Below are positions 7,840-15,488 of a DNA stretch of 37,091 bases, in pieces. Source of the stretch: a virus (lineage: Duplodnaviria > Caudoviricetes); IMG/VR virus record IMGVR_UViG_3300025381_000043, positions 1-37,091 of that record; one strand, given 5' to 3'. Position 1 is the stretch's first letter, and each line of letters begins with the position of its first letter. The position numbers and the translations under genes are program-made. Under the pieces are notes generated by a model. It was not told the origin of the DNA and did no database searches. It saw only the letters and a program-made list of their open reading frames with translations.

Positions 7840-8672
7840 ACAATCCGTTCTCGTGCCTGGAAGACTGCGCTCTCAAGCCAATGCTCGAAAGTCGTCAAGC
7901 CTGGCAAGTACAGATTTGCTTGCCAACCATAAAGTATCGCCCGAGCGGTCAAACTGATGTCATCTATGGAATGTTTCGACCATAAAGGTTCGTAATCCCA
8001 AATTCCATCGTCAATTGCGCGTAGCTGCTCTGCCTTTTCAATATCGCGGTGGTATAAGTGCATGGAACCCACAGTGTGCGAGTACCAACCCATGGGCAAG
8101 TCCAGAGCTTTAGCAATAGCGCCTTGGAGTGCGGCAAACTGAACGAGATCATAGGGCAGACCCAACCACACGTCGTTTGACCGCATCGAAACGCGCATGC
8201 AGAGTTCTTGGTTCCGGATAAAGAATTGAATGGTCAAGGTGCAAGGAATATCCTTAGCCTCGAAATCCAGATCCTGGACAGAGTTGTAGATGGTCAGAAT
8301 TGCCTGGCGTGAATCAGGATCACGCTTGAGCAAGTTGACGACCTTTTCCAGCTGGCCATAAACACGCATGCCGTAGGCGCCGTGGAAAACACCGCCGTCG
8401 AGGTAGTTCTGGAAGACGGATGATCCAGAAACTACCAGTTCAGGCGCTGTGGTTGTCCCGACCAGCTGAAGCGCCTCGACGGCTCCGATGAAAGGCTTGA
8501 GATCTCGGTACTGAACTTCATAAGGCATCAGCCACGGGCGCTGGATCTTGAAAGTCATGTTGGTAACTTCCTGAGTATCTTGGCCACGAGGAGAGATTTT
8601 GTCTCCGTGAACGAGGCAAATCCCGATAGCGGACTCGACTACTTCTGACGGGGTTTCAACTTCAAGAAACAT
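7836..8672 (-). CDS. Thymidylate synthase-family enzyme, Asp-type (probable dCMP methylase/hydroxymethylase)
   Basis: GAYG.R, DSRQA, catalytic PC, MRSNDVWLGLPYD and SMHLY. Confidence 0.85.
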   Translation of the reverse strand: MFLEVETPSEVVESAIGICLVHGDKISPRGQDTQEVTNMTFKIQRPWLMPYEVQYRDLKPFIGAVEALQLVGTTTAPELVVSGSSVFQNYLDGGVFHGAYGMRVYGQLEKVVNLLKRDPDSRQAILTIYNSVQDLDFEAKDIPCTLTIQFFIRNQELCMRVSMRSNDVWLGLPYDLVQFAALQGAIAKALDLPMGWYSHTVGSMHLYHRDIEKAEQLRAIDDGIWDYEPLWSKHSIDDISLTARAILYGWQANLYLPGLTTFEHWLESAVFQARERIV

Positions 8673-9135
8673 GGATCAAATCCCTTTCTAGGCTATCGGA
8701 CTCAACAATTCGGCAATTTCGGATGGTCTCTGCCAGATCCAGGTACAAGTCCTGAGCTCTGAGAACGTCCGGAATCTGATCCTGCTCGCCGCGCAACATC
8801 AGGGTGTTACTGATGGCATCAGGTGATCGGACAACGACGATGATTTCAGCGCCCATTTCTTCCAACATCTGGTTGCAGAGGTTGAATGACTCACGGCGCT
8901 TGAAAATAGAAGGACGGTCAAAGATATGCGGCCAAATCATCTCGCCCACGTGCCAGCGGTCCAGGATGATGTCCTGATCCTCGTCAGCAGCAATAATCGG
9001 GCTGATGTATTCCTCGAACCAATGACTGTGGCGTGGAATTCCAGCGTGCATGAGAATACCGCCTTGAGTCTTCTGGAGCCATTCGGCATGAGACGTCTTG
9101 CCTGTGCCGTCGACTCCTTCAATGATGGTAATCAT
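8662..9135 (-). CDS. dNMP (thymidylate-like) kinase
   Basis: IIEGVDGTGKT P-loop and ILDRW. The start at 9135 is an ATGA overlap. Confidence 0.85.
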   Translation of the reverse strand: MITIIEGVDGTGKTSHAEWLQKTQGGILMHAGIPRHSHWFEEYISPIIAADEDQDIILDRWHVGEMIWPHIFDRPSIFKRRESFNLCNQMLEEMGAEIIVVVRSPDAISNTLMLRGEQDQIPDVLRAQDLYLDLAETIRNCRIVESDSLERDLIHVS

Positions 9136-9581
9136 GCGCAATCCTTTGGGAAACCCTCGTCGTACTCGCAACCTTCTGACACGGAGCACATGACTCCCGA
9201 GTCGTCAAAAGCTCGCTTGCACTCTGGACATTTGCCCCAGACGCCGTCGTATCCTTGATCCTGGCGGATCATGTTTCGGTCGGCCTTTTCCATATACCGC
9301 TCCTGGACTTCTTCGGCGGTAGCGCCAGCGGCCAAGAACAGGTTGACCAAGAAGTGCATCACGTCAATAAGCTCGCCGACGTAGGCGTCGCGATTCAGGT
9401 GTCGACTTGTCGCCCATGGCTTCCAGCCGACTTCGGCTAGAGCTTCGTGCAATTCGTCCGTTGCTGCTAAAACCATGTCCCGAATGAACTGGTTTCTGGT
9501 CTCATCGTCCATGCGGTGCGGATCTATACCGAAAGACTCCCGCTGAAGCTGAGACTGGCGCATAAAAATTAGGTCAAGCAT
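9132..9581 (-). CDS. All-alpha dimeric dUTPase/dCTPase (MazG-like superfamily)
   Basis: DELHEALAE, WKPW, ELIDVMHF and K..RN..RQ..GY. Confidence 0.85.
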   Translation of the reverse strand: MLDLIFMRQSQLQRESFGIDPHRMDDETRNQFIRDMVLAATDELHEALAEVGWKPWATSRHLNRDAYVGELIDVMHFLVNLFLAAGATAEEVQERYMEKADRNMIRQDQGYDGVWGKCPECKRAFDDSGVMCSVSEGCEYDEGFPKDCA

Positions 9582-10011
9582 TGTTCCCCCTCGAGATGTG
9601 AGTTACTTCTATGTCTAGTTGTGAAGCTATGTTGTCAAGCAGATCCTCTGGATAGACTTGAGGATCTATAGGAACACCGAAGAACACCCGGCGAATCCCG
9701 TGAGCAGCAATGAGAGGCAAACATGCCTGACATGGCCGATGCGTTACTGCCAACAGTCCGCCGCGGGTATCCTGAGGCGTGCAGTAGCGAAGCGCGTTGA
9801 CTTCAGCATGGATCACGAACGGGCGACGTGCTTCCCGATCATCCCAGTCAATCTGAACACCCGATGGTGCGCCATTGTAGCCAATGCCAGCGACAGAATT
9901 ATCTGGTCGCAGAACAACAGCTCCCACTTGGAACCATGGATCTTCACTTCGACTCGCTGCAGTATCCGCCAACATCAGGGCATATTCATGCCATTCAGGG
10001 CGAAATCTCAT
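9574..10011 (-). CDS. dCMP deaminase-family protein
   Basis: RSEDP..QVGA, GYNG, HAE.NAL and PC..C. Confidence 0.92.
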   Translation of the reverse strand: MRFRPEWHEYALMLADTAASRSEDPWFQVGAVVLRPDNSVAGIGYNGAPSGVQIDWDDREARRPFVIHAEVNALRYCTPQDTRGGLLAVTHRPCQACLPLIAAHGIRRVFFGVPIDPQVYPEDLLDNIASQLDIEVTHISRGNNA

Positions 10012-10142
10012 ACGCTGACCAGAATCTCAAGCTCTCCGTCATCATGGACAGCAACTTGATATCGGCACGATTTGCACTCATATCGTGTTTCAAGATATTG
10101 GCGAGAACGCCATTCAACCATATCAACGCCACAATGTTTCAT
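10008..10142 (-). CDS. Small hypothetical protein (44 aa, MKHCGVDM...ECKSC...)
   Basis: Hand-translated, with ATGA overlaps at both ends. Confidence 0.6.
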   Translation of the reverse strand: MKHCGVDMVEWRSRQYLETRYECKSCRYQVAVHDDGELEILVSV

Positions 10143-10363
10143 CGGTTTGACCTGCCCCTGCCATCAGCGGATCGGACAATTTGCTGAACGCGACTGACGG
10201 AAATATCCAAAACGTCAGCGATTTCAGCGTATGTCCATCCTTCAGCACGCGCCGTGTTGATGATGCCAAGGAAATTCTTGCGATTTTCCTCAGCAGTTTT
10301 TGCATGATTATGCATCTCGCGATGCCAAATCTTTAGCTGATCCTCAATTTCTTCGTCGTTCAT
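10139..10363 (-). CDS. Helix-turn-helix DNA-binding protein
   Basis: GWTYAEIADVLDISVSRVQQI. Confidence 0.85.
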   Translation of the reverse strand: MNDEEIEDQLKIWHREMHNHAKTAEENRKNFLGIINTARAEGWTYAEIADVLDISVSRVQQIVRSADGRGRSNR

Positions 10364-10602
10364 CGGCGATACTGCGCTTCTGGAACTGACAATTCCATTT
10401 TGCTAGCAATTCGACGACGCGCATCGCGCAGTGCGTCTTTTGACGTGCCGTGATAATTCGTGAACTGACCGACGTATTCCATAGCGTGAGGCAATTCGCC
10501 CTTGTAAATATCGACTTGCCATGCCTTTGGTGCGCATTCGCCAGGACGATTGACTTTTATGGTGTACAAAGTCTGATCCAGAACAGCTGTGTGTGTTGCC
10601 AT
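10360..10602 (-). CDS. Hypothetical protein (first gene of the leftward early operon)
   Basis: RBS AGAAGGGG and an ATGA overlap downstream. Confidence 0.65.
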   Translation of the reverse strand: MATHTAVLDQTLYTIKVNRPGECAPKAWQVDIYKGELPHAMEYVGQFTNYHGTSKDALRDARRRIASKMELSVPEAQYRR

Positions 10603-10626
10603 TTTCCCCTTCTTTCAACGAGCCAG

Positions 10627-10775
10627 GCGGCCCGATGGGAGAAGTCTACCCCACGGGAATAGGCAAAAATGGCCAAAAAACACCCTAAAAATAAAAAAAA
10701 TTGGCCCTAATTTAGGGCCTAAAACTGCATACCTATCTACTCCAGGGGGGTAGTATTCTCTATATCGGAGCGGCC
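10627..10775. promoter_or_regulatory. Divergent control region with two inverted operator/-10 elements
   Basis: CTACCCC-N3-GGAATAG (10646-10662) and CTACTCC-N3-GGGGTAG (10737-10753) overlap TAGACT (-) and TAGTAT (+). Between them are A tracts and an inverted repeat GGCCCTAA-T-TTAGGGCC. Confidence 0.65.
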
Positions 10776-10801
10776 CCGCCCCGAAGAATCAGGAGCAAGA
10801 A

Positions 10802-11008
10802 ATGAAAGAACGTTTATGGATCGGAACGCAAGGCGAAATTACTTGCGAGGAGCACGCTGGATTTTTATTGAAGTCAGCTATTCAAGCTGATCCTGAAACA
10901 TGGCATCATGAAACTGAACTTGATTGGTGGATTCGCTATAACAGCGGAGAATATAAGTGTGAAACTTGCGTACAAGTCGAGCGCAAAGCGCTTGCAGCAG
11001 CGAAATAA
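10802..11008 (+). CDS. Hypothetical protein (Cys/His-rich)
   Basis: RBS AGGAG, with CEEH and CETC motifs. Confidence 0.7.
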   Translation: MKERLWIGTQGEITCEEHAGFLLKSAIQADPETWHHETELDWWIRYNSGEYKCETCVQVERKALAAAK

Positions 11009-11018
11009 GGAGCGACAA

Positions 11019-11210
11019 ATGACTGTTTATCAAGAAATTATTGCAAACGGCTTGAACGTTGATGCTGACACTGCTGAGAGTGTTCGCGATTTTATTTGCA
11101 AGTATTTTGATTTCGAGTGGTGTTCTGCAACGATTTTAGACATTGTAAGAGTCGCTAAATACGCCAAAAAAATGATGGACGATGATGTTTTCTCACAGAT
11201 TGGCGCATAA
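11019..11210 (+). CDS. Hypothetical protein
   Basis: RBS AAGGAG before the ATG at 11019. Confidence 0.7.
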   Translation: MTVYQEIIANGLNVDADTAESVRDFICKYFDFEWCSATILDIVRVAKYAKKMMDDDVFSQIGA

Positions 11211-11350
11211 TGAAACGCGAGATTATTGAGAAAATTGCCAAACTCGAGCGCGAGATTCGCGAACTTCGAGGTTTTCCGTCCATGCAATTCCGTAAAAGAA
11301 TGGAAATTGAAGCTCTTCAGGATCAGTATCGAAAGTTAGGAGACGAATAA
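11210..11350 (+). CDS. Small coiled-coil protein (46 aa, MKREIIEKIAKLEREIRELRG...)
   Basis: Hand-translated, with TAATG coupling to the upstream gene. Confidence 0.6.
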   Translation: MKREIIEKIAKLEREIRELRGFPSMQFRKRMEIEALQDQYRKLGDE

Positions 11351-11431
11351 ATGCTCAGTCCTTTAGGATCATGGCTGATGTGGTTCACCATCAGCGGCTT
11401 AATTATCGCATTCTTGAAAGAGAGTCTATAA
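11351..11431 (+). CDS. Small hydrophobic peptide (26 aa, MLSPLGSWLMWFTISGLIIAFLKESL)
   Basis: RBS AGGAG. It starts immediately after the previous stop and ends at the terminator. Confidence 0.5.
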   Translation: MLSPLGSWLMWFTISGLIIAFLKESL

Positions 11432-11491
11432 AAAAATAAAGCCGTCCATAGCGCTAGCAGAAGGGGTTGCTAGTTCTATGGACGGCTTTTT
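11431..11491. terminator. Bidirectional intrinsic terminator between convergent operons
   Basis: GCCGTCCATAG..CTAGCAG-AAGGGG-TTGCTAG..CTATGGACGGC, flanked by A and T tracts. Confidence 0.85.
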
Positions 11492-11492
11492 A

Positions 11493-12035
11493 CTATTTTT
11501 CGGTGGCTAGTTCTCCACCCAAACCCATATACGCGGCGGCGTCAATCCATCCGTCAACCTTTTCCGGTGTCTGGACGAGACGTGCGACTTTCACTTGATT
11601 CATGCACAGAGCTACTTGATGCTCCGAAACCTCTATGCCAAGCACAACGCTCCATAGCGCTGCAATGCGGCGGAAGTTATCCTGAGGAGTTCCGTACTCT
11701 TGCTCTCGATCGTTGTACGTCAGCCGAGTGGCTTCATCCAGGATCTGCTTGCGGTTCATCTTTGCCCCCTTGTCGTCTTTTGCGCCCTTGGCTAAATTAC
11801 AAGGAGCGCACAAAGCTTGTAAATTCTCTTCGTCGTTTGTTCCGCCTTTTGACAGCGGGATTACGTGGTCAATGTGAGGTTCAACCTCAAAAAGACTTGC
11901 GCCGCAGTGCTGGCACGTGAAGCCCGATTTAGCAAGAACCCGCAGGCGGATCGTCTGTGGAAACGAAATCCTACCTACGGGTTTCTGCTCTCGGGTACTT
12001 TTAACAAGTGCTCGAATGTCCGACCGTAGTGACAT
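11493..12035 (-). CDS. HNH endonuclease fused in frame to a DUF6378-like domain
   Basis: CQHCG..HIDHVIP..GGTN...NLQALC..CN, then REQEYGTPQDNFRRIAALWS...KVARL...DGWIDAAAY. Confidence 0.8.
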   Translation of the reverse strand: MSLRSDIRALVKSTREQKPVGRISFPQTIRLRVLAKSGFTCQHCGASLFEVEPHIDHVIPLSKGGTNDEENLQALCAPCNLAKGAKDDKGAKMNRKQILDEATRLTYNDREQEYGTPQDNFRRIAALWSVVLGIEVSEHQVALCMNQVKVARLVQTPEKVDGWIDAAAYMGLGGELATEK

Positions 12036-12038
12036 AGA

Positions 12039-12296
12039 CTACTTCCGGCATCGGCAACCATTATGCTGACCGCGTTTGCGGTGCTTGATAATGTTGGCAG
12101 GTTTGGCGTCATATCCGTGCTCATTCAAGAGACGAGAAATAGCTGCCGCTGCGATGTCGCGGTTGTCCACGAGTTCGAGCAGAGCTTTTCGATCTTCTGA
12201 GTTCAGATCCTCAAGAATGCGCGAAACCTTGCAATGATAACCTTGCTGGATTGGCGGATTCTTAAGAAACGCGTCAATTGCGTCTTTTAAGCCCAT
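12039..12296 (-). CDS. Hypothetical protein (HTH-like, C-terminal H..CxC)
   Basis: ORF fills the gap. Contains ISRLL..HG and HRKR..GCRC. Confidence 0.6.
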   Translation of the reverse strand: MGLKDAIDAFLKNPPIQQGYHCKVSRILEDLNSEDRKALLELVDNRDIAAAAISRLLNEHGYDAKPANIIKHRKRGQHNGCRCRK

Positions 12297-12300
12297 GAAA

Positions 12301-12486
12301 CTATGCCGCTTTTGCCTTAAGCTTTTGGTAAATAGCTTCGACTACTGGCTGTCCCACCGCAATCAAGGCTGCCCAAGCAACCTTCTTGATGCTGTGATTT
12401 CCGGTCTGATAAATACCGACCGCAGTGACCACGAGCGCATAGATGTAATGCTTGACAAGATTCTTAGTCTTTGCTGAGATCTTCAT
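12301..12486 (-). CDS. Putative holin
   Basis: 61 aa with two hydrophobic segments and basic termini, directly downstream of the endolysin. Confidence 0.6.
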   Translation of the reverse strand: MKISAKTKNLVKHYIYALVVTAVGIYQTGNHSIKKVAWAALIAVGQPVVEAIYQKLKAKAA

Positions 12487-12521
12487 TGTTGCCCTTTCTA
12501 GGCGACGGTGCTGAAATAATA

Positions 12522-13046
12522 CTAGAGCGATGCGAGAAAGCTCGTGAGTGGGAAGTTCACTCCAGGATCAACATGACCGCCAATCACCTTGTGAGCAATA
12601 GTGATGTCGTGGTGAGTGCAAAATCCCTTTGTCTTACCGTCCAGGATTTCCTGAGTGGTCAGATGATGCGCTGGGATGCTGTACTTCGCCATCAGAGTCT
12701 TGCATAATGCCGTAGCTTGAGCAAGGACGCCCCGGGAATACGGGTTGGCCCACTGGGCGACCGTGAACCCGGCTTGTCCGGTGAGTTCGATGCCGATGGA
12801 CTCAACATTGCGCTCGTAGACATCGCAGTGCCAGGCGACATCGGCATCGTCCACGCTCTGAACAACCTGAGCTGAGTCAACCATGTAATGCGCCGAGGCT
12901 TGAGGAGCAGCAGGACCTGCAAACCACTGGGCCAAGTGTTGTGCTTGGCCCGGAAGTTGCTGATTCTCTGCTGAATGAAGAACGATGATCCGGATGGGCT
13001 TGCGCTGTCCTGATCCTGGAGTGTAATGCTTTGCAGTCGTTGTCAC
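12522..13046 (-). CDS. Endolysin, N-acetylmuramoyl-L-alanine amidase (Amidase_2)
   Basis: IVLHS.E, ASAHY, AWH, N..SIGIE, H..I and HVDPG. There is no cell-wall-binding domain. Confidence 0.92.
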   Translation of the reverse strand: MTTTAKHYTPGSGQRKPIRIIVLHSAENQQLPGQAQHLAQWFAGPAAPQASAHYMVDSAQVVQSVDDADVAWHCDVYERNVESIGIELTGQAGFTVAQWANPYSRGVLAQATALCKTLMAKYSIPAHHLTTQEILDGKTKGFCTHHDITIAHKVIGGHVDPGVNFPLTSFLASL

Positions 13047-13531
13047 TGGTAAATCAACCTTTCTGCAAGGTCTCCTGGCGTAACCAGAAAGTCCTCTTTC
13101 TCAAACAGCGGTAATCCAGCCTTGCGGTAGCACTCAGCCACCAACTCGGAGCAGATATAGCCGTTCTTGGTGGATAAATAACGCATCAACCGCGTGTTGG
13201 CAAGGATTTTCAAGCCAAGGATACGGAAAGCAAGATCGGCAATGACAAAAAAACCGTACGGCTTGCCGATGATTTGGCGCGCTTGGGCAACAATAATCAA
13301 GCGCTGCTGGTCGCTGAGAACCTCGTGTTGGTTCCACGCGACATAAGGATACTTGGACAGCGGACTGATTTCGACGCCTTTTGGATTAGCTTCGATAATC
13401 TGGTCGCTGCCAATATAGATAAAGGTGTGATTCCAACGGGAGAGAGTGCCGATGCGGATCAGCTTACCCATCAACCCGTTGGTCTTCACACAACCGTAGT
13501 CTCCCGGACGAGGCTTAAAGGTTGTCGTCAT
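13043..13531 (-). CDS. Permuted papain-like amidase (YiiX/YebB, NlpC/P60 permuted)
   Basis: PGD, WNH..IY, IIEA, GKPY, YICSELV and VTPGDL. Confidence 0.85.
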   Translation of the reverse strand: MTTTFKPRPGDYGCVKTNGLMGKLIRIGTLSRWNHTFIYIGSDQIIEANPKGVEISPLSKYPYVAWNQHEVLSDQQRLIIVAQARQIIGKPYGFFVIADLAFRILGLKILANTRLMRYLSTKNGYICSELVAECYRKAGLPLFEKEDFLVTPGDLAERLIYQ

Positions 13532-13868
13532 CTATGGTGTCCAGAATGTGCTCAAGGTTTTCTGTTTGCTGGCGCTCCAACTTGCGGATTTCGCGCAGGA
13601 TCAAGGCGTCACGAGTCGTTTGACCGATCATGGCAATACCGATCACCAATTCAACGGTAACCGCCAACCAAGAGGCAAGGTTCATCCACTTGATATAGGC
13701 TGAGGTGTCGCCAAACCAGCTAGGACGGATCCACCAAACAATGGTGACCGTCGTCCAGAGAATGACAAAGTACCAAGTACGGATCAAGTTCTGAACCATC
13801 CAGGAAATTTGCTCGCTGAATGTCAGGCTATCGCCAGTCTTGGGATGCGTGAATTTCTTCTTAAACAT
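13515..13868 (-). CDS. DUF1003-like membrane protein
   Basis: Two TM segments, with TWYFVI...NL..S.LA....I.MIGQ..RD. Confidence 0.7.
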   Translation of the reverse strand: MFKKKFTHPKTGDSLTFSEQISWMVQNLIRTWYFVILWTTVTIVWWIRPSWFGDTSAYIKWMNLASWLAVTVELVIGIAMIGQTTRDALILREIRKLERQQTENLEHILDTIDDDNL

Positions 13869-14034
13869 CAGAGCCTCGCTTTCGACGAATGCCCCTTTTG
13901 CTGGTATTTTCAGTCTTAATGATGTATGTGATTACCCGATGAAAAATCCACCAGATAACGCCCCCGATTGCCCCGATTGAGAATGTAAATCCATAAAGGA
14001 TATTTGCCCAGTCTGACCAGTCGTTAAGTGTTAT
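13861..14034 (-). CDS. Single-TM membrane protein with probable ATA start (57 aa)
   Basis: RBS AAGGA, then an in-frame TAA, then ATA-ACA-CTT. No in-frame ATG, GTG or TTG. The stop overlaps the next ATG. Confidence 0.6.
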   Translation of the reverse strand: MTLNDWSDWANILYGFTFSIGAIGGVIWWIFHRVITYIIKTENTSKRGIRRKRGSDV

Positions 14035-14048
14035 TTAATTGTTCCTTA

Positions 14049-14174
14049 CTATTGAGGTTTATCCCCTGCCTCTATTTTACCAAGTAATAACTTTAATGTG
14101 ATGTTTTCCTGAACCAATTCTCCTATGAGTTGTCTGAGACTTGCAATAATCTCGTCGCTGCTCACTTGTGGCAT
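14049..14174 (-). CDS. Small coiled-coil protein (41 aa, MPQVSSDEIIASLRQLIGELVQEN...)
   Basis: Hand-translated, with TAATG coupling to the tail fibre gene. Confidence 0.65.
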   Translation of the reverse strand: MPQVSSDEIIASLRQLIGELVQENITLKLLLGKIEAGDKPQ

Positions 14175-15478
14175 TACTTAGATTCCAATGTGGCAACACG
14201 AGCAGTTAATTCCTGAACAGCTTTGACCAATGGTGCTATGAAATAATCATAAACAAGGCCTTGACGAGATTCTGAATCTGTTGGGTCGTCCATAGTCCAA
14301 CCAGCGAAATCAAGGTCAGGATTGTCTACCAAGCCCTCGAGCGCTGCCTTGACTTCTTGTGCGATGAATCCATAATGGCGTCGTGTGCCAGCGATAGGAG
14401 TTGCAACCGTTTCGCCTTTGTCGTCAATAGTTGTTTTGACATTTCCAACGTTCATCTTAAATGACACTGGATTGAGCTTGCTGATGAAATTCAAGCCGAG
14501 AGCGGCTGGCTGAATATCATTCTTGACTCGTTGGTCCGAGGTGTTAATTGCGGAGTGTGCGGAATAAATATAATTCCAACGAAAAGAACTTGAACCTATT
14601 GAATAAGCTGCGTCAATGCCTGAGCCAGTGCTATCTCCGGGAACGATATGTCCCTGCGATACCCATCCAGCACTTGAAGAAACCGATGCACCACGAAGAT
14701 AAGATCCAGTTGAATTGCCCGATGCCAGACCTGCTTGCGCTCCTATTGCGCGATCCGTAATAAGTGCATAAGAGCTAGCAGAACTGTTTGGATATAGGGC
14801 TGTCGTTGCCCCTGAGTTTGTGATGTAACCGTTGGTCGTAAATTGCCATCCAGACGATGAATTCCCAATCCAGCCAGAGGTTGCTTGAATTGTCCCGGTA
14901 ATTGTGGCGCTAGAAGCCGTCAATGCGCCAGCGGAAGTGACGTGAAATGTGCCAGATCCGTTGTTATATTCAATCGAGCTAATGGTTCCGCTAGTGATTT
15001 TGCCAGCGTCTAGGTTAGCGATGACGGAACTGGTGATTGGTGAGGAAACCCATGATGAGCCGTTCCATGCCCACTGGCCGATAATGTTGCCGCTTAGGTA
15101 TTGCCACCAGATGTCTCCGGTATTTGTGCCAGAACCAGAAGGAGTGCTTGACGAGTAGGTAATTTTATTTTTGCCGTTGGCTGATGTTTGTGCGGAATTT
15201 GCAGTTGAGAGGGCTGTTGAAGCATCTGAAGCGGCCGTGGAAATTGCAGTGTCTTGAACGTCTGCCCAAGTGCTTCCATCCCAACGGTGTTGCTTGTTTC
15301 CGTTGCTGATGTCGAACCATATGTCGCCAATGGCGCTCGCTGTTGGTGTCGGATTAGCGTAGAAGGTGGTCGTTGTCTGGACCGTAGCGATACCGCCGGC
15401 ATCAGTGTCAAAATCGGTTGATACGTACCACGTCGACTCTGGGATGGGCGTATTAGTAATCTGCGGTGCTATTGGCAT
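14174..15478 (-). CDS. Tail fibre/spike with intramolecular chaperone (Peptidase S74)
   Basis: GDIWFD repeats, IANLDAGKITSG, SDQRVKNDI, GFIAQEV and LVKAVQEL. Confidence 0.9.
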   Translation of the reverse strand: MPIAPQITNTPIPESTWYVSTDFDTDAGGIATVQTTTTFYANPTPTASAIGDIWFDISNGNKQHRWDGSTWADVQDTAISTAASDASTALSTANSAQTSANGKNKITYSSSTPSGSGTNTGDIWWQYLSGNIIGQWAWNGSSWVSSPITSSVIANLDAGKITSGTISSIEYNNGSGTFHVTSAGALTASSATITGTIQATSGWIGNSSSGWQFTTNGYITNSGATTALYPNSSASSYALITDRAIGAQAGLASGNSTGSYLRGASVSSSAGWVSQGHIVPGDSTGSGIDAAYSIGSSSFRWNYIYSAHSAINTSDQRVKNDIQPAALGLNFISKLNPVSFKMNVGNVKTTIDDKGETVATPIAGTRRHYGFIAQEVKAALEGLVDNPDLDFAGWTMDDPTDSESRQGLVYDYFIAPLVKAVQELTARVATLESK

Positions 15479-15488
15479 CTTTTACCCC

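Noticed and set aside
10139-11431. Lysogeny module (integrase, repressor, attP)
   Set aside because: No recombinase or ParA was recognised. There is only a small HTH gene and divergent promoters, so lifestyle is unresolved.
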